DNA from: Myxococcota bacterium
GTDB taxonomy: Bacteria; Myxococcota; JACRCW01
NCBI GenBank assembly: GCA_040752415.1
Contig: JBFMGU010000141.1
Location: forward strand, 1 to 27,735
Direction: 5' to 3'
DNA length: 27,735 bases
Part shown: positions 16,439 to 24,599 of the stretch, one piece after another
Layout of the letters: the number at the start of each line of letters is the position of its first letter
Numbering within the stretch: position 1 is the stretch's first letter
Notes under the pieces: generated by a model
Databases searched by the model: none
What the model was told of the DNA's origin: nothing
What the model saw: only the letters and a program-made list of their open reading frames with translations
Program-made: the position numbers and the translations under genes

Positions 16439-16854
16439 GGTTCCTCCTCGAGGTCCAGCGGCGCGGGGCCGGGCGGGACCACGGTGAAGGTGAGCTCGGG
16501 AACCCGCTTGCGGTGCAGGCTGGTGGCGAGCACGTGTCGCAAGGGTCCCCGGATGCGCTCCAACGCCGCGCGGACCGCGTCGACGTCGACGTGGGAAGGG
16601 GCCGCAAGGACCAGCTCCAGGCGTGAAGCGTCGGGAGCGGGATGGGTGTGGAGGACCATCACGTCCTGCAGCACCTCCTCGCGCACTTCCCCGGCGAGGA
16701 ACAGTGCGCTCAAACGCTGGACCTCGTCGCAGAGCTGACGGAGCTTGCGCTCCCGCGCGCGGTCCGCGGAATGGGAAAAGAAATCCGCATCCACCTCGAC
16801 GAGGTGGTCGGTGATACGCCGCGAACGACGCCGCGGCTCTCTGGGCATGCCCAT
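16435..16854 (-). CDS. RbfA-like protein (divergent ribosome-binding factor A paralogue)
   Basis: RKLRQLCDEVQR helix, VLQDVMVLHTHPAPDASRL, ALERIRGPLRHVLA and RKRVPELTF match the RbfA layout. The stop overlaps the rtcB ATG (ATGA). Start is 16854 or 16848. Confidence 0.8.
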   Translation of the reverse strand: MGMPREPRRRSRRITDHLVEVDADFFSHSADRARERKLRQLCDEVQRLSALFLAGEVREEVLQDVMVLHTHPAPDASRLELVLAAPSHVDVDAVRAALERIRGPLRHVLATSLHRKRVPELTFTVVPPGPAPLDLEEEP

Positions 16855-16863
16855 GGACAAACC

Positions 16864-16928
16864 CGCACCGGCCCGCCGCTTCAGGGCAGGAATCCGGGCG
16901 TGATGAAGAGGAGTTTTCCCTCGGGCGG
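16864..16928 (-). promoter_or_regulatory. Putative attenuator: alternative GC-rich hairpins between the leader ORF and the rbfA-like start
   Basis: On the - strand, CGCCCGG-ATT-CCTGCC-CTGAAGC-GGCGGG-CCGG-T-GCG (16900-16864) forms a stem ending 9 nt before ATG 16854. A second hairpin is GAGG-GAAAACT-CCTC (16922-16908). CGCCCG occurs twice, allowing alternative pairing. Confidence 0.45.
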
Positions 16929-16930
16929 AG

Positions 16931-16990
16931 TCAGCGCGTGACGCCGCGGACGAGGGCCGGGACAACGCGGAAGGTCAGAGTGGCACGCAT
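16931..16990 (-). CDS. Putative 19-aa leader peptide (MRATLTFRVVPALVRGVTR)
   Basis: ATG at 16990 is preceded by the purine-rich GGAGGAGAAAGGGA; TGA at 16933-16931 sits directly before the hairpins. Too short for the ORF track. Confidence 0.55.
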   Translation of the reverse strand: MRATLTFRVVPALVRGVTR

Positions 16991-17119
16991 GGTCCGGTCC
17001 CTTTCTCCTCCCGCTGGGCGTGGCTGGGGAGGGTGTGTGAGCGCGCTTGGACGCCGCGGGTGGGCCGCACATTCAACGCGGGTCCGGATCACACCACCGG
17101 GGTCCGCTAGGATCCGCGC

Positions 17120-17629
17120 GTGAGCTCCGGCGTCATGGTGGCGGTCGACGTGGACTACCGCGAGGACGAGGCGGTGGCCGCGGCGATCTTGTTCCGCTCC
17201 TGGACTGACGCTTCGTCCTGCGGCCAGCACGTGGCGCGCGTGGCCGGTGTTGCTCCCTATGTGCCGGGCGAGCTGTACCGTCGTGAGCTGCCGGCGCTGC
17301 TTGCGGTACTGGCAAAGGTCCCGGACGTGCTGAGTTGCGTCGTGGTGGACGGCTTCGTGTGGCTGGATGAGCAGGGCCGCAAGGGCCTGGGCGCCCATCT
17401 CCACGACGCCCTGGGCGGGGCGGTCCCCGTGGTGGGCGTGGCCAAGAGCGGGTTCCGGGGCAGCCGGCATGCCGTCCCCGTGTTGCGCGGTGGCAGCCGC
17501 CGTCCGCTGTGGATCACCGCCGTGGGAATCCCAGTCGACGCTGCCGCCGACGGCGTTGCGCGCATGCACGGGAATCACCGGATCCCCACGCTGTTGCAGG
17601 CCACCGATGCGTTGTGTCGTCGCGCGTGA
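17120..17629 (+). CDS. nfi: Endonuclease V family protein (short form)
   Basis: AVDVDY, PYVPGELYRRELP (PYIP wedge), VVVDG, GLGAHL, GVAKS and RIPTLL. Start is GTG 17120 or ATG 17135. Confidence 0.9.
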   Translation: MSSGVMVAVDVDYREDEAVAAAILFRSWTDASSCGQHVARVAGVAPYVPGELYRRELPALLAVLAKVPDVLSCVVVDGFVWLDEQGRKGLGAHLHDALGGAVPVVGVAKSGFRGSRHAVPVLRGGSRRPLWITAVGIPVDAAADGVARMHGNHRIPTLLQATDALCRRA

Positions 17630-17650
17630 AACAGCGCCGGTCTGGCGACG

Positions 17651-18904
17651 GTGGTAGGGTTCCGGCGTTCCGACGTGGGGGCGCGCATGGTCTGGGTGTT
17701 GGCGCTGTTGGGGGTGGTGGGGCTCTTTTTCCTCGACGTGCGCTACGTGCAAGCGTGGCAGACGGGTCTGGCCGCGCTGGCGGCGGATGGGCGCTTTGAC
17801 CTCGTGGTCCGGGAGTGCGAGCGCGGGCTGGCCTCCCGTCGTCCCTTCCTGCTCGTGCTCCGCCACTTCGTCATGCCGGGCGTCATGGAAACCGTCGCGG
17901 CGCTCTACTGCCACCAGGCCGGAGAGAACGAGCGCTCCCTGGAGCTGGCGACGGAGGCGGAGCGTCGTGCGCGACCGGGACCCCTGCGGAACGCGGCCAC
18001 ATCCACCCGCGCCATGGCGCAGTACGGTCTGGGGCGCCTGGCGGAGGCGCGCGCGGCGTTCGAGGAGCTGCATGCCCTTCCCGACGTGCAGGCCGGCCTG
18101 CTCTGCCCCGGCGCGCTGGTGGCTCTCTCGGAATGCCGTTTCGAGGACGCCATTGCGCTGTGCAGCGAGATCCTGGAACGGGAGCCCGCCGACGAGAGCG
18201 CCCACCTCCTCAAGTCCACCGCGCTGACGGCGCTGGGAAGATTCGGTGAGGCGTTCAAGGCGCTGGACTACGAGCCGCGAGGGTCCCGCGCGTTCTACGC
18301 GCCGCGCGATCTCAAGCTCATGGATTCCGACTCCGGGTCCATTGCACTGCTCAACGAGCAGGAGCGCGAGCGCGCCGGAATCGTCCGCCCCTCGCCGCTG
18401 CTGCAGTCCGCGGAGATCGCCTCGCTCTCGGGGGACTGGCAGGCGACGCGCGTGTACCTGGAGTGGTCGCGGGACCGCCTGGGACGGAATCCCACGATCC
18501 TGTTCAACTTCCACGTGTTGATGGCCCGTTGCCTGGCGCACGAGGGAGATGCGCGTGGTGCGGAGGCCCAGCTCCGTCTCGCCGACACCGCGGCGCTCTC
18601 GCTCCCGAAGAACCAGAGCCTGCAGTGGGAGCGTGAGGTTGCGCACGCGCGGGTCGCCCTCGAGCTTTCGCGGCTCGACGACGCGTTGGCCGCGCTCTCG
18701 CGCGCGGAGCCGCTCGCGCGTTCACCCGCGCAGCGACGATGGTCGGCATTCTGGACCGCGCGCAGCCTCGAGGCCGCACAGCGCTTCCCGGAGGCCATCA
18801 CCCGCTACCGCGCCTTGACCGAGGCCAACCTCGCCGACTGGCCCCACGCGGAAGCCCGCCAGGCCTTGGCGCGTCTTACGTCGATGACGTCGAGTGCGAG
18901 CTGA
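17651..18904 (+). CDS. Membrane-anchored tetratricopeptide-repeat protein
   Basis: N-terminal TM segment (MVWVLALLGVVGLFFL) and TPR-like units (AQYGLGRLAEARAAFE, ALTALGRFGEAFKAL, EAAQRFPEAITRY). Start may be ATG 17687. Confidence 0.75.
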   Translation: MVGFRRSDVGARMVWVLALLGVVGLFFLDVRYVQAWQTGLAALAADGRFDLVVRECERGLASRRPFLLVLRHFVMPGVMETVAALYCHQAGENERSLELATEAERRARPGPLRNAATSTRAMAQYGLGRLAEARAAFEELHALPDVQAGLLCPGALVALSECRFEDAIALCSEILEREPADESAHLLKSTALTALGRFGEAFKALDYEPRGSRAFYAPRDLKLMDSDSGSIALLNEQERERAGIVRPSPLLQSAEIASLSGDWQATRVYLEWSRDRLGRNPTILFNFHVLMARCLAHEGDARGAEAQLRLADTAALSLPKNQSLQWEREVAHARVALELSRLDDALAALSRAEPLARSPAQRRWSAFWTARSLEAAQRFPEAITRYRALTEANLADWPHAEARQALARLTSMTSSAS

Positions 18905-18907
18905 CCT

Positions 18908-20083
18908 TCAACGCGCGGAGCTCATCACCGCCACCGGTCCGTCGGCGTTCAAGCGCACCACCACCGTCCCGTCCCAAGCCGTGGCGTAGACGGCGCGGTC
19001 CACCTGCACGCTGCTGAAGCGTCGCGGTCCGGAGGCCACCTGCGCGTCCACCGGGTTGCGCGAGGTGAGGATGGCATCCTGCAGCAGCTCCACCACCCGA
19101 CGACGGGGATGCCCGTGTGCGTGCGCGGTGAACGCATGACGACGGTCCGGTGGGCCGCAGCTGATCACGGCCACGCGTGGCGTGGTGGCCTGCAGCAGGG
19201 AGGGCGTGGTGCCATTGGCCGAGCCGTGATGCCCCACCACCAGCAGGTCCACGTCGAGTGCGCCGGTGCCCTCGTAGCGACGCACCAGGTCCTCGATGGC
19301 GGGCGTCTCGAGGTCCCCGGTGATGAGCAGCGACGCCGCGCCAAAGTCCACGCGCAGCACCACGCTGTGGTTGTTCTCGTCGGAGAAATGCGGCGTGCCG
19401 GATTCCTCCTCGCCCCAGCCCGGGTCGCCGGCGACGCTGCCGGAGAGCACGCGGATGCGCGGGTCCACCGTGGCGCACGCTAGCGGGTCCACCACCGCGT
19501 CGCTGAGGCCGCCGGCGGGAATCTCGTCGGAGCGCACCGCGCGCTCGCCGATGTCGCCGCGTTGCAGCCGCGATCGCAGCACGTCCATCTGCTCCCGCAC
19601 CACCTCTCCGCCGGGCTGGCCGTTGTGCACCACGTTGCGAACCACGTAGCGCTGCAACACCGCGGGAACGCCTCGCACATGGTCGAGATGCGGGTGGGTG
19701 AGCACCAACAAGGCCAGCGTGTGATTCAGGTCGCTCCGACGGGCGAAGAACGCGTCCAACTGCGTGAGCAGCGCCTGTTCGCCGTCAAAGTCGCCGTTGC
19801 GCTCGCCACCGGTGTCCACCAGCACCGCGCCGCACGGTGTCTCCAGCAGCGTGGCCGAGCCCTGGCCCACGTCGAGGACGTGCACGGTGAGCGTGCGCTC
19901 GGGGTTCCACGCGAACGCACCGCTGCTGACGCGCGGGGCAGGCGGCGGGGTTGCCTCCGCTTCCACCGTCGACGGAGCGGCCGGCTCGGGCGTGGGCTCC
20001 CGTTGCGCGGGGGACTGCGAGGCGCAGGCCGCAAGCAGAAGCGTGAGCAGGTGTGCTGGCAGGAGCAGGTGTTGGCGAGGCAT
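18908..20083 (-). CDS. ComEC/Rec2-like metallo-beta-lactamase-fold hydrolase, lipoprotein
   Basis: LDVGQG, LVDTGG, LTHPHLDHVRG, ENNHSVVL, LITGDL, VGHHGS and HGHP motifs; lipobox LLLAA-C. No ComEC membrane domain. Confidence 0.88.
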   Translation of the reverse strand: MPRQHLLLPAHLLTLLLAACASQSPAQREPTPEPAAPSTVEAEATPPPAPRVSSGAFAWNPERTLTVHVLDVGQGSATLLETPCGAVLVDTGGERNGDFDGEQALLTQLDAFFARRSDLNHTLALLVLTHPHLDHVRGVPAVLQRYVVRNVVHNGQPGGEVVREQMDVLRSRLQRGDIGERAVRSDEIPAGGLSDAVVDPLACATVDPRIRVLSGSVAGDPGWGEEESGTPHFSDENNHSVVLRVDFGAASLLITGDLETPAIEDLVRRYEGTGALDVDLLVVGHHGSANGTTPSLLQATTPRVAVISCGPPDRRHAFTAHAHGHPRRRVVELLQDAILTSRNPVDAQVASGPRRFSSVQVDRAVYATAWDGTVVVRLNADGPVAVMSSAR

Positions 20084-20092
20084 CGTCCGGCC

Positions 20093-20968
20093 ATGGGTGA
20101 TCTCATTCTCGTGGCGGGTTGTACAGGCGTGCTGGGACGGCACGTGGTGAAGCTGCTGCAGGCGCGTGGACATCGCGTGCGGGCGCTGACGCGCGACAAG
20201 TCACGGTTGGGCAGCCTGGGCTTCACTCCCGACGAGGTGCACGAGGCGGACGCGCTGGATCCCGCTCGCCTCACGGGTGCGTGCGACGGTGTGACGCGCG
20301 TGTTCTCGTGCCTGGGCGCCAGTGTGCAGCCGTTGCCGCGCTTGGGTCGCGCGACGTTCAGCCAGGTGGATTGGCCGGCGAACCGCAATCTCGTCGACGA
20401 GGCCAAGCGCGCGGGGGTGTCCCGCATGGTCTACGTCTCGGTGCACGGCGGGCAGCAGGCGCGTGGGCTGGACTACATGGATGCGCACGAGCGGGTGGTG
20501 GAGCACCTGCAGGCCAGCGGTCTCGACCACGGCGTGGTGCGCCCCACCGGCTTCTTCTCCGCGCTCGAGTCCTTGCTGGAGATGGCGCAGGGCGGGACGG
20601 CGCCGTTGATGGGCGGGGGAACCACCCGCAGCAACCCCATCCACGACGAGGAGCTCGCCGCGGCGTGCGTGGAGATGGTGGAGGGGCGGGAGCGTGAGGT
20701 GGAGGTGGGCGGCCCGGAGGTGCTGACGCGCAAGCAGATGGTGGAGCTGGCGTTTGCCGCGCTGGGCAAGCCGCCGAAGTTCCGCCACGTGCCGCTGGGC
20801 GTGGCGCGCATGGGCTCCACGCTGATGAAGCCGTTCCATCCGCGCCTGGCTGACCTGGGTCTCTTCTACGCATACCTGCACGCCCACGACGGAGTGGCGC
20901 CGCTGCGCGGTCAGAAGACGTTGGGAAACCACCTGAAGGAGCGGGCCCGGGCGCGCGGCCTGGCCTGA
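20093..20968 (+). CDS. Atypical SDR / NAD(P)H-binding oxidoreductase (NmrA/Ycf39-like)
   Basis: ILVAGCTGVLGR Rossmann motif, VRALTR, VYVS, VRPTGFF, NPIH and VGGPEVLT. Confidence 0.9.
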   Translation: MGDLILVAGCTGVLGRHVVKLLQARGHRVRALTRDKSRLGSLGFTPDEVHEADALDPARLTGACDGVTRVFSCLGASVQPLPRLGRATFSQVDWPANRNLVDEAKRAGVSRMVYVSVHGGQQARGLDYMDAHERVVEHLQASGLDHGVVRPTGFFSALESLLEMAQGGTAPLMGGGTTRSNPIHDEELAAACVEMVEGREREVEVGGPEVLTRKQMVELAFAALGKPPKFRHVPLGVARMGSTLMKPFHPRLADLGLFYAYLHAHDGVAPLRGQKTLGNHLKERARARGLA

Positions 20969-20974
20969 CCCGCA

Positions 20975-21388
20975 TCACATCACCAGCTCGACCCAGCGCT
21001 CCTCTCCCACGGACGCGTCGCGCATGGCGTTGGCGGTGGCTTCGGGGAGCGCGTGACGGACCTTCTCGTCGAGCTCCGGGCCGTGTCCTTCTCCGCGGCT
21101 GATGGCCACGTGACGCACCAGCACCGCCTCCGCGCCCTCCCGACGACACAACGCGCTCACCACGGTGCGCTCCGCGTCGGCAATCCGTGTTGCGGTGACC
21201 TCGGGTGTGCGAGGTTCGCCGCCAACACGCACGCAGTACACGCCGGGATCCTGGAGGGAGTCCTCCGTCGCGGACAGCGCGCGCTCGACGAGGAGGCGGG
21301 CCATCTCGGGCAGCTCCTGGTCCTGCACCTGCACCACCTGCCACGTGCGGTCCCGACGGAAACGCACCACCGCCACCACGTCCTTCAC
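20975..21388 (-). CDS. Hypothetical protein
   Basis: 137-aa ORF with typical codon bias; its GTG overlaps the upstream stop (GTGA). Confidence 0.65.
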   Translation of the reverse strand: MKDVVAVVRFRRDRTWQVVQVQDQELPEMARLLVERALSATEDSLQDPGVYCVRVGGEPRTPEVTATRIADAERTVVSALCRREGAEAVLVRHVAISRGEGHGPELDEKVRHALPEATANAMRDASVGEERWVELVM

Positions 21389-22305
21389 GCGCCACCCGTC
21401 GTCGGGGAGAGGACCTTGTCCAGGAACTCACGCGTGAAGGCGCGGAAGCGCTCACGGTCATGCAGCGGCTCAGGGATGTCCTGGCCGAAGTGGTGGTCCG
21501 CAATGGTGCGACCGCCCCGGTTGAGCAGCGGCTGTCCGTCGGGACCCAGCATGATGCCGTGGATGCGCTTGTCCAGCAGCTCCACCCCCGGCTCCGGCGA
21601 GAGACCGAAGTGCACGTCGAGACGGGCCTGCAACGCGGCGTCGGTGCGCTCGGAGCCCTCGAGGTCAAACCGCACCATCATGCGCTCAGGGTTGCGCAGC
21701 TCCACCCCCTCGTCGGCCAGGTTGTACATCTTGAGACGCGCCTGGCCCGCGGTGCCGCCGTCCTCGCGCACCATGACGCGCACCACGTCGTGGGAGGTGG
21801 TGGTGATGTCATAGGCGCGCGTGCCCGGCTCCAGGCCCTGCGTCACCACCGTGGCCTGGCACTGCCCGCGCTCCACGGCGACGAGCGCGTCCAACATGTC
21901 GGAGAGGTTCTCCGTGGTGCGCTCCGCCTCCGTCACGCTGATGCGACCCTCCTGAAACGCCGTCCACACCCGGTCCGCGCTGATGCGCAAGGCGCGCTCC
22001 AACGGCGCCTCGGCGAGGTCGGGCAGGGCCTGCACGCTCACCGTCAGCCGGTTCTTGATGGCCTCCAGCGCCAGCCGCACACCTTCCGCGCCGCCCGCCA
22101 GCTGCGCGCTTTGCAACGCTCCCGGGCGCACGCTCCCCGACGGAGTCCCGCCCGCGGAAGGCAGCGGTCCCGACGTGCCGGCGCGCTGGTAGGAGTCCGC
22201 GCGGGGCGTGGGGTCCGTCGACGGGCCCGGAGTCACCGACGACGCCACGGGACCGGGCGCGCCGGGGCGCGTCTGCAACCGGTTCTGGGACGGAATCCGC
22301 GTCAT
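21385..22305 (-). CDS. Hypothetical protein with a Pro/Ser/Thr-rich disordered N-terminus
   Basis: Fills the gap with G/C-biased codons; AAGGGG before ATG 22305; globular C-terminus (RLDVHFG, IADHHFG). Confidence 0.72.
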   Translation of the reverse strand: MTRIPSQNRLQTRPGAPGPVASSVTPGPSTDPTPRADSYQRAGTSGPLPSAGGTPSGSVRPGALQSAQLAGGAEGVRLALEAIKNRLTVSVQALPDLAEAPLERALRISADRVWTAFQEGRISVTEAERTTENLSDMLDALVAVERGQCQATVVTQGLEPGTRAYDITTTSHDVVRVMVREDGGTAGQARLKMYNLADEGVELRNPERMMVRFDLEGSERTDAALQARLDVHFGLSPEPGVELLDKRIHGIMLGPDGQPLLNRGGRTIADHHFGQDIPEPLHDRERFRAFTREFLDKVLSPTTGGA

Positions 22306-22396
22306 GCCCACCCCTTGCACGCACTATGGCGCACCTCCACGGTCTCGTCACCAGGGGTATGCTGCGGATTCGTCCACGGCCCAAGTGGAGGGAGCC

Positions 22397-23212
22397 ATGC
22401 GCAGGGGTTGGAGCTTTGGTCTGCCGCCCACCGTCGGTAACACCATGGGTCCCGCGTCGCAGGCAAGCCTGGCGCTCAATCCCATCGGGTGTCGCATCGT
22501 GCGGCAGGCGCTCACGTACGGCGCACTCATCAAGGACCTCGAGGACGGACGCGTGCACGTGGCCTGGGCTCCGCCGCTGGTGTGCGCGCACGTGGAGTCC
22601 CGCGGCGGCCGCGTGCTCTTGCGCGCCCGTCGTCACGGCACCACGCAGTACCGCGCGGTGATCTTCGGCCGGAAGGAGCGCAAGCTGGAGATGGAGTTCC
22701 TGCGCGGCCAGCGCGCGGCGTGGCCGGATGCACAGTCCATGAGCGGCTTCATCCTGCCGCGCGCCATGATGCGTGTGGTGGGGCTCAACCCGGAGGCGCA
22801 CCTGGCGCAGCAGCGCTTCCTGGGCTCGTTCAAGGCGTGCGTGGAGGCGGTCCTCGACGGGAAGGCGGATTTCTCGTCGATCTATGCTTCGTCGTCGGAC
22901 GCGGCGGTGGAGAAGCTGGGCTACGCGGCGCACGCCGGGCCGCGCGCGGGAGAGCTGGCGCCGGTGGCGGTGTCACCGGATTGTCCCAATGACGGCATCG
23001 TGCTCAGCCCGCGGGTCACCGGCAAGGAGGTGGAGGAGTTCGCGCGCGCGTTCGAGATCGTGGCGAAGGACCCGGTAGGCGGTGTGTCGTTGGCGCGCGC
23101 GGTGGACGTCGAGGGATTCGAGGTTCCTCCCGCGGGAGTGTACGAGCGGCTCACCGTGTATCTCTCGAATCCGACGGCGGCGCTGGCGGACCTGCTGGGG
23201 CGAACGGTTTGA
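22397..23212 (+). CDS. PhnD/SsuA-like (phosphate/phosphonate) substrate-binding-fold protein, no signal peptide
   Basis: GRVHVAWAPPL, YRAVIF, AWPDAQSMSGFILP, EAVLDGKADF and CPNDGIV motifs; GGAGGGAG before ATG 22397. Confidence 0.85.
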   Translation: MRRGWSFGLPPTVGNTMGPASQASLALNPIGCRIVRQALTYGALIKDLEDGRVHVAWAPPLVCAHVESRGGRVLLRARRHGTTQYRAVIFGRKERKLEMEFLRGQRAAWPDAQSMSGFILPRAMMRVVGLNPEAHLAQQRFLGSFKACVEAVLDGKADFSSIYASSSDAAVEKLGYAAHAGPRAGELAPVAVSPDCPNDGIVLSPRVTGKEVEEFARAFEIVAKDPVGGVSLARAVDVEGFEVPPAGVYERLTVYLSNPTAALADLLGRTV

Positions 23213-23312
23213 CGATCCAGGGCGGTGCTTCACGTCGTGGCGCGCTCACGCGGCTCGCACCGCACTCCAGGGCGCCCCGTGTTCCGCTGACCCGCTTCGT
23301 GAACGTGCTTGC

Positions 23313-23873
23313 CTAGCGTCCCATCAAGCCGTTCTTCAGGTCGCTCGTCGGCGGGTCGGCGCCCAGGAACACCAGCAGGTACGCGTCCGCGAAGTCCTTC
23401 CCCGCGAACGTCTCCTTCTTGCCGTTGGGCATGGTGACCGTGGAGCCCTTGCCCGGCTCATACGTGAAGACGATGCGCTGGTCCTCCTTGACGTCGCTGA
23501 CCATGGCCAGGAAGCGCGCAATCTCGCTCTTCAGCTTGGGAACCTTGTCCTTGGCGTTGTTGTTGAAACCGTCCTGGTAGGCCTCCACCATCTTCCCGCG
23601 GCCCACGTCCCGCACGAAGTGCATCACCAGCGCCTTGGGCACGTCCGGCGTGATGATGTCCGCCTCCTTCTTCGACGGCGTGGGCACGTACAGGCCACCC
23701 ACGTAGACCTTGAAGATGGCCTTCTTGCGCAGCCCCATGCCGTTGAGCTTCAGCGTGGCGCCGCCGAGCGCCATGGTGTCGTCCATGGTGACGCTGCTGT
23801 AGGTCCGCGCGGGCGCGCTGGAGGTCAGCAGGACGGAGAGCAGGGCGGCGGGAAGGGTGAGGCGGTAGCGCAT
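23313..23873 (-). CDS. Chalcone isomerase-like (CHI-fold) exported protein
   Basis: Signal peptide; LKLNGMGLRKKAIFKVYVGGLY and FLGADPPTSDLKNGLMG motifs; GAGGGA before ATG 23873. Confidence 0.9.
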   Translation of the reverse strand: MRYRLTLPAALLSVLLTSSAPARTYSSVTMDDTMALGGATLKLNGMGLRKKAIFKVYVGGLYVPTPSKKEADIITPDVPKALVMHFVRDVGRGKMVEAYQDGFNNNAKDKVPKLKSEIARFLAMVSDVKEDQRIVFTYEPGKGSTVTMPNGKKETFAGKDFADAYLLVFLGADPPTSDLKNGLMGR

Positions 23874-23938
23874 GGGAGGTCCCTCGTGCGTCGGGAATAT
23901 CACCCGTCGGACGCGCGGGGTGTCAACCGTGCGCGGGT

Positions 23939-24541
23939 CTACTCGTCGGTGACCGGCTTGGCGCGTTGAACGTCGGCGTCGCGCTGCGCGCGGATCTGCA
24001 CGGTGGACACCACCATGGACACCGCGCCCATGGTCACCACCATGGCCACGATCATCCCGAGCACGCACTTGATGGCGCGGTCCGCCGGCAGCGAATAGAC
24101 CTCCTGCACCACGGTGGCCAGGATCACGAAGCCCCAGAGGGTCACCAGCAACGCCAGGAACACGCCCACGCGCGGGATGATCCCAATGGCGTACGCCGCG
24201 CTCAGCAGCGCGTAGCAGTGCAACAGCGTCTGCAGTCGGGGCTTGCCGCCCTGCGTCTGCGCCACGCGGTCCATCACCCACACCGACGCGTACAGGCTCA
24301 GCGGCGCCATGATGATTCCCACCAGCCCGAACGCGCCAAGCCCCATGGCCACGCTGGAAACACCGAAGATGATCCACGCCGCGCGCGAGGGTTTCTCCGC
24401 TTGCGCCTCCTGCGCAATGACGTCGCGGTCCATGGTGTACATCTGCACCGCGGTGCGCAGCGCCGGGATCACTTCCGTCTTCAGCACGTCCATGACTTGC
24501 GTCTTGGCGGAGGCCGCCCCCGTCGGAACCTGTGAGCTCAT
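23939..24541 (-). CDS. Yip1-family membrane protein
   Basis: About five hydrophobic helices, with VAQTQGGK, IIPRVG and QEVYSLPADRA patterns typical of Yip1 domains. Confidence 0.72.
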   Translation of the reverse strand: MSSQVPTGAASAKTQVMDVLKTEVIPALRTAVQMYTMDRDVIAQEAQAEKPSRAAWIIFGVSSVAMGLGAFGLVGIIMAPLSLYASVWVMDRVAQTQGGKPRLQTLLHCYALLSAAYAIGIIPRVGVFLALLVTLWGFVILATVVQEVYSLPADRAIKCVLGMIVAMVVTMGAVSMVVSTVQIRAQRDADVQRAKPVTDE

Positions 24542-24599
24542 GACGGAAAAGAAACTTGGCGCGCTTTGTCGCGGATGACAAGGCGAGCCACAACCACCT

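Noticed and set aside
16991..18646. 571-aa - strand ORF 16931-18646
   Set aside because: It is antisense to EndoV and the TPR gene. Only its last 19 codons, which have their own RBS and ATG, are kept as the leader peptide.
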